Source: Lama guanicoe
Lineage: Eukaryota
DNA: 64,000 nt
NCBI GenBank assembly: GCA_013239625.1
Contig: MU054391.1
Span: forward strand, 2,261,130 to 2,325,129
Direction of reading: 5' to 3'
The position numbers were made by a program, and so were the translations under genes. The notes beneath the pieces were generated by a model. It was not told the origin of the DNA. It saw only the letters and a list, made by a program, of their open reading frames with translations, and searched no databases. This document shows positions 38,023-51,177 of the stretch, piece by piece. Position 1 is the stretch's first letter. Each line of letters begins with the position of its first letter.

Positions 38023-40435
38023 TTTGGAGGTGGGAGGAAGTGGTACATTTAACTACAACTAAATATATCTAGTAGGTACAAGATTATTCAGATTCTCTAA
38101 TTATAACTAGGTAAGTTTTGGCAATTTATGTTTTTTGAGGAATTGATCCATTTTTTTCTAAGTTGTCCAATTAACCTTCATAGAAATTTTCATAGTCTTT
38201 TAAAATTATACTGTTAATGTTTTATACATTTAGTGTGCACTGTAGTAATTTTAAAAAAGTTGTTACATTGATAATTTGTTTACTAGTTTGCTTCTCTTCT
38301 CTTAGTCGCTCTTGCTAGAGGTTTGTCAATTTCTTTTTAGTCTTTTCAAAGAACCAGCTTTTGGTTCAATTGTCTTTACTGTTTCCTGCTTTGATATTCA
38401 TTATTTTCTTTCTTCTGCATTATTTAGGTTTATCACGCTTCCCCGTCCCTCCTAATTCTCTGCAGTAGAAGCGCAGACGACGGATTCGCGCCATTTCTTC
38501 TCTTCTTACGTGAGCATTTATTGCTTTGAAACTTCCTCTGAGCACTGCTTCAGCTCCGTCTCGTAAACTCCGCTGCTGTGTTTTCATTTAAATGCAGGTG
38601 TTCAGCTTAAAATGCTTTAACAAGTGTCGTCGAGAGCTCCCCTTCTACTCCCTGATTCCGTGGGATTCTGAATGTCTGTTGACTTCTTAGGTTATTTTCC
38701 TATTGTTGATCTGTATTTTAACTCAGTGGAAGTCAGCAAAACATACTCTGTGTGGCTTCAATGCTTTGAAATTTGCTTTGCTAGGTTTACGATGATGAAC
38801 ATGATCCTTTTGGATGACTGTTTCGTGTGCTCTTGCAAAAAGGTGTGTGTTCTGCTGCAGGTCTGAACAGAGATCTGTGAATGTTGATGAAATCCAGTTG
38901 GTGGACAGTGGCATTCAGTTCTTCCCTAGCCCTGCTGATTCTCTGATTGCCTATTTCTTCGTTCCCTGAAAGAGGGGTATTAAATTCTCCAAGTAAACCT
39001 ATGCACACACACAGCAAACAGCCACATCACTGGTTCCTCTCCATGCAGCTTTGCACTCTGTTGTTCCTTGGCCAGGTGCAAATAGACTTTGCATTATTAT
39101 TTCTTTTTGGATAATTGGCCCTTCATCATTGTGTAATGTGCTGATTTATCCACGATAATTTAAAATCTTTGCGTCTGCTTTGCCCATTGTTAATGCAGCC
39201 GCTCCAGATTTCTTCCGCTTTGTTTTTGCATGATAGATCCTCGTCTGTCTGCTGCCTCTTACCCTTGCTTAACAGTGTGTTTGAAGTGAGTTTCTTGTAG
39301 ATGAAAGCAGTTGATTACTTTTTAAAAATCTGTTTTTATTTAATCTGTCTTTTCATTACTGTGGTGGATGACTTACTTGCAATGTATGGCTGATACATTC
39401 GATTTAGGACCACCATTTAAATACTTACTGTTTTTTTTCCTTCTATTTTACATTTCTGTTTTTTCTTCTCCTCCTACTTTACATTATTTTAACTTTAAAT
39501 ATAGTTTCATTTTAATTTACCTGATGTGATTTTTCACTATTTCTCTTTATAATTTTCAGTGTTTTATCTTGTAATGACAATAGATTTACATACTTTTTAC
39601 AGTCTACTTATAACCAACATTTTGCCACTTTAAATACGGTGTAGGAACCTCGCCACCGTATAGGTCCCTTTACCCTACGCAATACCTATGGCATATTTTT
39701 AAGTGTCATACATATTAATCTATGTACGTTGGCAATCATGTTAGAAAATGTTATTTTCATTTGCTCTCCATAGCCAGTTTCAAGAGCGCAGTGGAAGAAC
39801 GATGTATTATGTTTCTCCAGATCCACGCTTGCTGCTCCTCCTTCATCCCTGCTGGCCTAACGTTCCAATCAAGTCATTTCCCTGGGCCAGGAATCACCTT
39901 TAGTAATTCTTCTAGAATAATCTGCTCTCAATGGATTTTTTGTTTTTAGTGTTTCCTTATTAAGAATGTCTTTATGTCGTATTAATTCCTGAAGGATATT
40001 TTTAGTCGATACAGAATTTTGGGTTTATAGTTCCTCTCTTTCAGCATTTTAAACATACTGTTTCATTTCATTTTTGCCTTTCAAGGTTTCTGATGAGATA
40101 TCTGCAACCACTAAAATTGTTGTCCTCCTGGCAAATAATGAATCCATTTTCTTGCTTTTTATTTGACTTCAGTTTTAAGTAATTGATTGGATTTCTTTTA
40201 ATTTTGGTGCTTGAATTCAATGAGCATCAAACGTTGGTATGCTTTCATCTTTCACCAAATCTGGAAGATTTTCAGTCATTATTTCTTCAACAAAGTTGTT
40301 TTGTGCTGCCCTCTGTCCCCTCTCCTGGAACTCTGGTGATGTAAACATTTTCTCTTTTGCTAATATCCTACAGGTTTCCAAGACTCCATTGTTTGTCTTT
40401 GAAAATATATTTCTATTAGTTTTTCTTTCCTTTTT

Positions 40436-41236
40436 CTTTTACTCTTTATATATTTTTTATTGAAGTATAGTTGCTATACAATATTATATAAGTTACAAGT
40501 GTACAATATAGTAATTCACAATGTTAAAGGTTATATTCTATTTATAGTTATTATAAAATATTGGCTATATTCCCTGTGTTGTACAATATATATATATATT
40601 TTTTGTATATCTTTTTTAACATTTTTTATTGAGTTATAATCATTTTACAATGTTGTATCAAATTCCAGCATAGAGCACAATTTTTCAGTTATACATGAAC
40701 ATACATACATTCATTATCACATTCTTTTTCGCTGTGAGCCACCACAAGATCCTGTAGATATTTCCCTGTGCTACACAGTACAGTCTTGTTTATCTATTCT
40801 ACATTTTGAAATCTCAGTCTGTCCCTTCCCACCCCCCCATCCCTCTGGCAACCACAAGTTTGTATTGTATGTCTATGAGTCTGTTTCTGTTTTGTACTTA
40901 TGTTTTTTTGTTTTTTTTTTAGATTTTGCATATGAGCGATCTGATATAGTATTTTTCTTTCTCTTTCTGGCTCACTTCACTTAGAATGACATTCTCCAGG
41001 AACATCCATGTTGCTTTAAATGATGTTTTGTTGTCAGTTTTTCTGACTGCATAGTATTCCATTGTATAAACATACCACATCTTCTTTATCCAGTCATCTG
41101 TTGATGGACATTTAGGCTGTCTCCATGTCTTGGCTGTTGTAAATAGTGTTGCTATGAACACTGGGGTGCAGGTGTCTTACCATATGACCCAGGAATCCTG
41201 CTCCTGGGCATATATCCAGCAGAAACCCTACTTCAG
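40436..41236 (-). mobile_element. Composite young L1 insertion: inverted 5' piece, 3' end, and a second L1-type 3' end within one TSD
   Basis: ORF2 C-terminal peptide MFIATLFTTAKTWRQPKCPSTDDWIKKMW; 17-bp TSD with one mismatch at 40418-40434 and 41237-41253. Confidence 0.85.
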
Positions 41237-44200
41237 AGTTTTTCTTTGCTTTTACATATCCATTAGTCTATCCATTCCACCTAGTCAGTTTTTATTTTAT
41301 TATCACATTTTTTATTTCCAGGTTTTTCCTGATATCTCCTTTAGAATTGTTTAGATAACACTTTCTAAATTAATGTTGTTTCAACAGTAGCTCTTTCAGC
41401 ACTTTTGTAACAGATGATTTAAAGTCCTTGCTCTAACATTTCAACATCTGCATTACATCGTCATTGGGATTTGTCAGTTGATTGTCTTTTTCACTAATGG
41501 GGACGTTTGTGGTTCTTTTGGTAATAAGTACCTTTAGACTGTCCCCTGTGCGTTTCAAATACTCTGTTATGAGACTAGCAGGCTTGCGTGGTGCTGGTGC
41601 TTCTGATTTAGCAGGCAACTGACAGGCTTAGTTTCAGATTCCAAAGTTGTGTTCAGTTTTCAAAGCCTTTTTGGTGCCGTTCAGATCTTTCCAGGGGTGC
41701 GTCTCCCAGGGCTCAGCGTGGGACCGGGAAGGATGTCTACCCGGTAGCTCCTCCCTGTTTGGTTTGCTAACTAGGATGCGAGTCCTGCATGTGTCCTTCA
41801 GAGCTGGGCCCCGACGACCACGTGTGGTGGTGTGCGGTCACCACCACAAGCCCCTCCGCGTCTGTGATCCCCTGGTGACTTCCCATTTCTTGGGGCTCCC
41901 TCTGCTCCTTCAGCTGTGAACTTTGGACTCTACTCATCCTGCTTTGCCACACTTCTCGAAACTGTACCCACATTTGGTGCCAAGCAATGGAAACACAGTG
42001 ACAGAAAAGAAGCAACAAGTTTACCCCCTTCTCTTGAACCCCACCTCCTCCGTTGGAGAGGAGGCCTCGCTCCCTCCCTCTGAATTTCACTTACACGTAC
42101 CACCAACGCGGCTGTCCTGGCCGGGGAGCCACCTTCCAGCTGCTCACACCTGCAGGGCTGCTCCCACCGCTCGCTCTCCGCTGCTGCCCACCTCTGGATC
42201 TCTAGATGCTTTGATTCCCAGCTGGAAAATCCAAAAGGAGAAGGAAAACTTTAAACTCACGGCCAGCTCAGTGCAACTTCAAATTCAGGCGGTCCTCTTC
42301 AAGTCACCTGCTACTGCTTACTTTGTCGAGTCCTCAGACAGCTGCTTCAAGGAGCTGTTCCCAGTTCACAGGTGTTTTCACTGGAAAAGACTAAGTGAAA
42401 CATATCTACTCCTTCTTTTCTTTTCTGGACCCAGAACTCAAACATCTCTTATGGGGTCTGTTTTATGCTTGGTGAATACTAAGTATGTTTATCCTGAGTC
42501 AAATGCTAATCTAACAGGAAGAGCAACTGTGTGATTAATCTCTAAGAGTTTCCTGTAGCTACGAAGTCAAAAGCATTAACCAGACAGTTTTTATTCAGAT
42601 TGACATAGCCTTCCAGTTTATTCTTCGGTCACTAGAAATAGGAAAACTAAATAAGTCTAGTTAGTTCCAACCCTCACAAAAATAGTCACTAACAGAGACA
42701 TTCAAATAATGTCCTTAGCTTTTACTCATTGTCACTTTTTCACATTTACTTTATTATCTTTACTCAGACTGTGATATTTTATTACCTCTCTATGTAAAGC
42801 CATATATGATTAATACCTTGAAGATTTTGGCTCCATGCAAACATTTCCATTTTCTAAAGAAACTACTTCCTTCCTTCATTCAGAAAGTAGGAACGGCATA
42901 AATGTGCACGTGGGCATTTTTTTGGTTTTTTTGGCCTCCAGGAAATATGATCTCAAAGTTAATACTAACTTAAAATGCATACTATGTCTCATGACTTCAG
43001 TATGTACATCCTCCATTTATATGATGTGGATTGACCTAATTAAATTACCTTTGTTGTGTATTAATAGATGTACATTTTATATTCATCACATTTTTTAAAA
43101 AGTTTACAGAACCTACCTAGCAGAGTATAGATAAAAAATAAAGCTGCCAAGAAACATCCACCCTGTTTCCAGTCTTCCCGTGCAGCTGTACAGTGCGGAT
43201 GAAGGATTCCTTCAAAAGCAGACGCCACATCATCTTCACCCGTGACTTCCTTTCTCATGAAAATTTAAACACTTTTGTCTATATTTTCATCCAGCCTCAA
43301 ATTTCACTTGTGTATATTATCATTTAAATCTCTTACACATTTTATCAGACTATTTATTTAAAAGCTGAAATATAAAGTTCTCACAATTCAGTTTTGTAAA
43401 GTCCACTTGAGGATATGCATACAATTTTGGAAAAACATGAAAAACCCTAAGATTCCCTTAATTAGTTCCATAGAGAATCACTAGATCAAACAAAAGTATG
43501 GAATTTTAATCTCCCGAGTGCGGCTTAACAGCGCCCTAGTAAAGCATCAGGTGCCTTCCAACAGGACTTTACAGTGAACACAGATGAATTATTTGGGCTG
43601 CATCAGGGACTGGCACCGGCACTGAAATAAAGACGCATGACAGCACAGAGAAGTGCGCTCATAAAAAGCGGTCACCCCGATTCTATTCTGATTACAGTTA
43701 CTTTTCCTGTCTCTTTGGGCCTGGTTCACAGCATTTCTGTTTGACAGCCTTTTAATTTTTTCTCCGAGTAGAAACTTGGATTTCTAATTGCAAAAAACTG
43801 AAATGAAACGAGCTCCCTGAGCCCTGTGCGATGTCACATATTCACCTTTTACTTTTAAGAAGTGAAGTCCAGTTTAAATGGCCTGCAGTGGGGCTTTGGT
43901 AAGCAATTCCTCATACTTTAAATCAGTTCTCAGGCCATGCTTCCGATGACGAGCAAAAACAGTTAACCTGTGGGAATGCCAGTTTCTACCTCTCCCCTAC
44001 CTTAAACATCGACTGGAAGCAGGAGGGAACTGGGCTGGGGCGTGTGCAGCAGGGGTGCGGTGGGGCAGGGGCTGCAGCTGGCTGAAGCCGCACAGAGGGT
44101 TGCCCCAGCTCTGTAGACCTCCTTTGTCAGCGGAGATGGTTATCTAAATTGATCACCGGTTTCCATGACAGCCCATCCAGATAATTTGAGCCTTCCACAG

Positions 44201-45129
44201 GAGGGATTTTAAGGGTCAAATTATTTAAAAAATCACCCAGTTTTCTCTTCCGCAGTCATCAGCTCAGCTATTAGTTGTTAGAATGTAGAGATTGCTTCTT
44301 TATGAAAAAATTTTGAAAACACATTCCTGAAGAAATATTAACTTGTCAAGTTTTATACACATGGGTCCCTCGGGGATTTCTTTTCTGTTCCAGATCTCAC
44401 AGAACTGAATTTTAAAGTGTTTTGTTGTGGATGCTTTTTACAAAGGCAGACAGCGTTCCTTATTTGTAAAGAGATTAAAGCAAAGTCTACACAAATATTG
44501 AAATGGAGGACCTTTCTAGGAATTCTGGTGTTATTTTATACATCCCCGTGGCCACTTTATAATTGTTACCCTCCTGCATGAGATAAAACCAGTTTGTTTC
44601 TAACTTATCTTAACTCATGTGAAATGTAATCCACTTTTCTATATAAAGAGTAATTTCACCTTTAAATAGAGTGTCAGGTGGTCAGGAGAGCCTGTTAATG
44701 CTGAATACTGTCACTATTTCTAGATGTTTTATTCGGAACATACAGAACATATATTCTGTAAGGTGATTTTTACGGAGGCTACTTGAAGAAAATATTGCAC
44801 CTTAAAGATGCGTTCTGCCAGGAGCTCTATATGATTTGAGTCAAGTTTGTTAAACAGTAATCGCTAAGTTTCAAGGAACATCTTGAAACCGTGGGAAGAG
44901 CAAGCTGGCCACCATTGCATAGGCTCCTGTGACCCTGTGACCTTCAGGGAGCAGCCCATCCACAGATCCGTGTTTGTTCTGAGGAACCAGATCTTGGGCA
45001 AAACATACACATGGATTTGAATGTAGTTCTCTGTGACCCATTTAGATTGTCCCCAATTCGTGACCTCTGGTTCGTGCCTGAATTCTAGAGTTAAAAAAAA
45101 AAAATCAATAAGAGGTTCTAATGGGCACA

Positions 45130-47130
45130 CTAAAATACTTGAAATAATATAGACAAAAAGGTAACAAAAGAAAAGAAAATTGTAAAAAAAAAGATAGAAA
45201 AAAGGAAACACAGAATAGAAATAAGAAAAAAATAGAAATATCGTAGAATGGAAACCTAACCACATCAACCATTACACAAATATAATTGGACTAAACACCT
45301 CAAAGTCAGAGCTTGTCAATTTGGATAAGTAAGCAAGATTCAACTGCGTGTTCCTTTAGAAGAAATGTACTATATTATAAATATATTAATAGGCTAAATG
45401 AAATTGGATAAAAAAGATATAACACATAAAAAATACTTTTAAAAAGTCAAAAAGAGGGACTATGTTAATATTTGTCAAAGTCAATTTCAGATCAAAATTT
45501 TTTTCAGAGGTATAGAGGTCATTTCATAATGACAAATGTGTCAGTTCATCAAGAGAAAACAATGTTCTTAAACATTAATGGACCCAATAACAGAGTTTCA
45601 ACATACATGAAGCAAAACCCATGCAACAGCAAGGAGACAGAGATAAATCCAATTTATAGCAGGACCTTTCAGTACCCATCTCTAACTATGGCTATAACAA
45701 TTAGTCAGAAAATTGGCTAAAAAATGGACATCTCAAATAACCCTATCAAATAATTTGACCTAACTGATGCTTATAGAACATTTCACTCAACAATAGCAAA
45801 GCATACATTCTTTCCATGTGTATGTGAGACGTTCATTAAGGTAGATTATTTCCTGAGCTGCAAAAATTATCACTGAATTTAAATGGATTCAATTCATGCA
45901 AAAGTATATTCTCTGAGTACATTTGATTTAGAATTCAGTAACAGAATGGTATCTCGTTATCTCCCAATTTTGGAAACTAACACTGCTAAATGACTCCACC
46001 CATCAACAAAGAAATCAAAGAGAATGTTATAAAGTTTGAGAATTGAATGAAAATGAAAGCATAAGCACATGGACACTTGTGGCATGCTGAGAAAGCAGTA
46101 ATTAGAGGGATATTTATAATGCTAAATGACTATTTTAGAATATAAGAAACAAATCAAGTCAATAAACTTATACTGGACTTTAAGAAACTAGAAAAAATCA
46201 AATCAAACCAAAAACAAGTGGAATAGGGAAATAACAAGGATCACAGGAGAAATCAGTAAGACTGCACACAAAAAAATAGAGAAATCACTGAAAAGGAAAG
46301 ATGGTTCATGGAGATCAGTATTGTTGAAAATCTCTAGTAAGACTGACAAGGAAAAAAGAGAAATAAGATACAAATTACCAACATCAGGAAGTAGAGAGGC
46401 AACATCAATGCTATTTTATGGGCAGTTAAAGGATAAATAAGATACTGTGAATAGCTTTTTAACAATAAATGTGGTGACTTGGATAAAATAGGCACATTTC
46501 TTAAAAAAAAATAAGCTGCGAAAAGTCACTCAAGAAAAATGGAAAACCTGAATAGCCTATACCTAATAAAGAAGTCGAATTGCATCTTTACTTAAAAAGT
46601 CTCCTGTGAAGAAAACCGCATGTTCACATGCCATCATTGTTGATCTCACCAAACACTCAAGGGAGAAATAATACCAACCTACACAAGTATTTCCCCAAAC
46701 TGGAAGATGTGAAGATACTTCCTAATTCATTCTATGAGCTCAGCTTTATTTGAATACCAAACAGGCGAAGAGAAGGAACAAGGGAAAAAAAAAAAAACAA
46801 ACAAAATGAGGTATCGCTAGTCCTCATGAACATAGACACAGTAATTTTCAGCCAAATTTTAACAAAATTCAATACTATGTCTGTCCAACAATATATAAAA
46901 AGACCCTGCATCATTAACAAGTGAGATTCGTCCCAGGGATGCACAGTCGATTTCTCATTCATAGATCGAGCAATGAAATCAACCTTTATTTAACATTACA
47001 CTGGGGACTGTATGTAGCAAGCGCAATAAGGCAAGAAAAAGAAAAGGGATCTAGGTTGAAAGGAGAGAAATAAAACTCTTCTTATTTGCAGAGGGCCTAG
47101 TTATTTATTTGAAAAACAAAGAGCTCAACA
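45130..47130 (+). mobile_element. Ancient L1M ORF2 (endonuclease to RT region), degenerate
   Basis: Peptide remnant GHFIMTNVSVHQEKTMFLNINGPNNRVSTYMKQ is L1 endonuclease-like; atacttcctaattcattctatgag and ctcatgaacatagacac match ORF2. Confidence 0.85.
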
Positions 47131-47239
47131 ATGCTGGACTTAGGGCTCTAACCCAGGACTATTGGAGTGTAAAGTCCATCAATGCATGGAACAACTACAG
47201 CACATGTCACTAAATTCTGGTACTTAAAAACATCCAGAC

Positions 47240-47775
47240 ACAGTGGAGTGCAGTGCAGCGGAGTCAGTGGTAATGCAGCATCTTGGTCCGGTGGCAGATG
47301 GTCACTGGACTTGTCCTGGTGATCATTTTGTAATGTGTGGGAATGTCAAACCACTATGTTGTGTGCCAGGAACTAACACAGCGTGTGGGTCCATTGTGCT
47401 TCAAAAACAAATGAACAAACATAGAAAAAGAGATCAGATTTGTGGTTATGGGCATTGAATGAAGGCAGTCATAAAGTATAAACTTCCAGTTGTAAATTAA
47501 AGCACTAGGGATGTAGTGTAAAGCATGATTAATATAATTAACACTGCTGTATGCTGTACATGAACGTTGCTAAGAGAATAAATCCTAAGAGTTCCCACAA
47601 GGAAAAACAATTATTTCTTTTAAAAATTTTGTATCTAAACGAGATGACGGATGTCTACTAAACTTACTGTGGTCATCATTTATGGTGTATATAAGTCAAA
47701 TCATCATGCTGTACACCTTACACTCATGCAGTAATGTGTGTCAATGTATCTCAATAAAACTGGAAGAAAAAAATT
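47240..47775 (+). mobile_element. L1 3' UTR fragment(s), laurasiatherian type
   Basis: ggtgatcattttgtaatgt..aaacttccagttgtaaat..gttgctaagagaataaatcctaagagttc..catgctgtacaccttacac..tatctcaataaaactgg. Confidence 0.75.
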
Positions 47776-48228
47776 AAAGATTCAAGAAAGAAAACATATC
47801 AACATTTAATACCTATTTAACCTTCTTATTGAGTATCTCACTGATACCTTATCTTCTACAATCGTCTGTATGTTTAAGATGTTTCAATTAAACATTTTAA
47901 AATGAAAACCAGAAGCAAGTACACTGGAGTGACTCACAGCAATAGAAAAGGCTAAGCATTTGATAAAGTATACCTGAGGGGAAAAAAGTGCTTAAAGGTA
48001 TGGAAATATATAGTTAAGTGAAAATTCGTATTTGTATGTTCAGTTAGAAGCTACAGCAACATATAACAAAATTATCTCACTTTTACTTATTTTTAAAAAG
48101 TATTTAAAGGAAGCAAAACAGTTATCTTCAACATATAAAGGGATTGGCAGTCATCACACTCTTCTTACAACAAGAAGGATAAAAGAAAAAAGCTGAATAA
48201 ACTGAAAATCCATCGAGTTTCTTGGACC

Positions 48229-48710
48229 TGCCAACTAAAAATTGTCACTTGCCATCCGACTCTACATGGACTAGGTCACTGTCCACTGCAGTCCTGATCT
48301 TCAACACTCCTTGAACAGAATCCAAGGTGGAGATCAGGAACGAGGCACTCTGTGTTCTGGGAAAAACTAGCAGAAGAGGCCGTCGGATAATTAGATTTTT
48401 TCTCTGGAGAAGACTTTATGGGCCCAATTTTTTGCATCTTCTCATATCTAGAAAGGCACTAAAATCATTAATGGAGACATCTGCTCCTCAAACTCCTTGT
48501 GATTAGCAGCAGAATTCTGCCAATATATGTGCTTGATTGCACACATCCCCCTTCACGAAAACTCACACATAGCCTGACCTCCCCCTTTCTCTCTTCAGAG
48601 AAGTTCCTTAGAACTCTCTGAGATGTTGTCAGCCAGGCTATAGACCTCATTTTGTCCCAAATGAAACTTAACTCAGAACTCCCACACTGTGCATCTTTTC
48701 CCAGGGGACA
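48229..48710 (+). mobile_element. ERV1-class solo LTR, 482 bp
   Basis: TG...CA termini with exact 4-bp TSD gacc (48225-48228/48711-48714); removing it restores host L1 cttggacccgtcagaga. Confidence 0.85.
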
Positions 48711-49535
48711 GACCCGTCAGAGAAATGGTGGCACAGGGCAAAGAGTCACCTTGAAATCTGGGCAGAGAAATGAATGTACAGAATCTCATCGGAGACCGCT
48801 TTGTCAGGAGCAGCAGTGGCTCAAGCCATAAACTGGAGAAATACTTCAGTGGTCATTTGGAGAGTTGCCGGAGGCTGACTATGGACTAGCTGAAGAGTGA
48901 GAGCTACTGGGAACCCAGTCTTAGGAGGACACTCAGACTTTCATATGTTTTACTTCCAGAAACTCCACCAGGTTCTTGCAGTTAAGACCTAAGGAAAACG
49001 CCCTCTTGCTTCTGGGAGGGAAGGAGAAAAGTGACTGTTGTAAAATATTCTTAGGGCGTTGGCAATAGCAAAGCTATACTCTCCAAGGGAAACAAAACAA
49101 AACAAAACAAAAAAACCCAAACACAAAACCATGACCAGATCCTCACCAAGCACGTGCAAGGGCAGTTATCCAATCTAGAGTCCTCTAGCCTCCCTGTCTC
49201 ATCAAAGGGAAGGATAAAAAGGTTAAGAAAATTTCTGAAGATCTCAGCACAGGAACCCATGCCCACCAACAGACATATGTGCAATCATACGATTACAGAA
49301 TTTATGTGTTCCCCCAGCCCCATACCTTGACATCATATCAAAAGACTCTAATAAAATAGTATCGGATAATAGCAGAAGCTGCTGCAAGATATAGACCCTA
49401 TTAGGAAGGAGGTCTTAGGAAACTAAGCAACAGTGGGGGAAAAAAAACAAAACAAGAAAACTGAAAAAAAAGACTTAAGATAGAAAGTAGGTGTCTGAAC
49501 CAGACTCAGATAGAAGACAGATTTGGGAGCATCAG

Positions 49536-50126
49536 TGAACAGTGAAGAATCTGGCCTTGATCAGTCACAGATCTGGTCTCTGTCCTCAGCTCTCTTGAAG
49601 TCCTTGGAAGTTCTGAGTGATAAAAGTATCCTTGTTACACAAGGTGAGGCCCTCAAACCACATCTGGCTGTTCATGCTGCTGAGGTGAGCCATACCAAGC
49701 CCCTCGGTCCACAGGGTGTCAGCATGGCCTCCCAGGGGGTGGGACGAAAACCAGGCTGGCTACACTCCACACTGACGTGCGGCTATACACTGATGCTGGG
49801 AGGGGAATGCATTCTGGGGACAACGGAAGCTTTGTGTTAGAATGCCCCCTGGACTGCACTCTGCACAACTCTGGGCTGGTTCTAATTCATACCTCTACCC
49901 TGTAATTAACCGTATCTGTGAGCATAACAGCTTTCAGTGAGTTCTGTGTTTCCAGTAAGTTGTCTAAGTGGAGGGTAAACTTGCAGTAGGTGTCAGAAGT
50001 GGGGGTTGTCTTGTGTGAACTCTTCTCTCTGTCGTTGAAGTTGGACACTAATTGCAGTTGGGGTCAGAAGTCTGAGCTCAGTTGGCTGGAGGACTGTGCT
50101 TTGACTTCATACTTTAGCTCTGGGTT
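49536..50126 (+). mobile_element. MER21-like LTR
   Basis: tctggccttg..ggacaacggaagct..ccctgtaattaaccgta..gctttcagtgagttctgtg..aacttgcagtaggtgtcagaagtg; possible 5-bp TSD atcag (49531-49535/50127-50131). Confidence 0.75.
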
Positions 50127-51177
50127 ATCAGAGAGGGAACTTTAGAATTACTATGACAAACACATCAAGGCCTCGAATGGAAAAAGTAGGTCACATGCAG
50201 GAAAAGAAGGGCGATGTGAAGCAAAAAGGAGTTTTATGAAGTAATCAAAAGGCACAACTAAGAATCAAAAATACTGTAATGGAAATTTTAATAACGTCTT
50301 TTTTGGGTTCATCGGTAGACTAGACATGGCTGAGCAAAGAAAGGATCAGTGAGCTTCAAGATAGGTCAATAGCAATTTCCTAAACTAAAAAGCAAAGAAA
50401 TTGGACTGAAAATAAAAAGAACAAAATATCCAAGAATTGTGGAACTTGCAAAAGGGATAACATATGGGAGCTGGAATATTAAAAAGAGAAGAAAGGAAAA
50501 ATGGAGCTAATAAATGTTTGACATAATAGCTGATATTTTTTTAAACTAATGTCATACAATAAATCATCTTAGATCCAATGACAAACAGAAAATCTTGAAA
50601 GAGGCTGGGGGGAAATTTTATCTAACTTCTTGACAGAAAACACTCAAACAAGAAGAGAGTGAAGTAAAATGCTGAAAGTGTTGAAAGAAAAAAAATCTAT
50701 ATCAATCAAAATTATCTTTCAAAAGGGAGAAAAAAAGACTTTTTCAGACAAACAAAAGCTGAGGGATCTCATCACCAACAGAATAGCCCTGTCAAAAAAA
50801 TAACAAAACTTAAAAGGAATTTTTACTCAGAAGAAAAATAATATAAGGCACATCACAAAGCAAATAAATGAAGGAAAAATAAAATATTTTATTTTTCTTA
50901 TACTCAGTTGACCTAATAGATATCCATTCAAAGTAATGATAGAAATAATGTATTGGTGTTTATGGCATATGCATTAGTGAAATAAATAATAGCAATGTTA
51001 TAGGAAACAGAAGAAAGGGAATAGGGATACTCCTTACAAGATACCTGCATTACGCATACACTGAGATAGTAGTCACTGAAAATACGTACAGGTATCTATC
51101 TCCAACTCCAGTTAAAACACATGACTTTGAAAAGAGTATAGTTAATATGCTGTAAGAGAGAAAATGTCATCATATAA

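Larger units (their letters stand above)
37520..42440 (-). mobile_element. Ancient L1M (L1M4/L1MC-like): 5' end, ORF1 and first part of ORF2, interrupted by a younger L1
   Basis: Antisense ORF2 motifs (caccagtgaaaccatctgggcctagag, tcttttcaaagaaccagcttttggtt), ORF1-region motifs (tcctgaaggatattttt, ggtttctgatgaga) and an L1M 5'-terminus-like gagtcctcagacagctgctt near 42330. Confidence 0.85.

Noticed and set aside
41923..42534. 203-aa + strand ORF
   Set aside because: Antisense to a decayed L1 5' region, non-ATG start, no recognisable protein.
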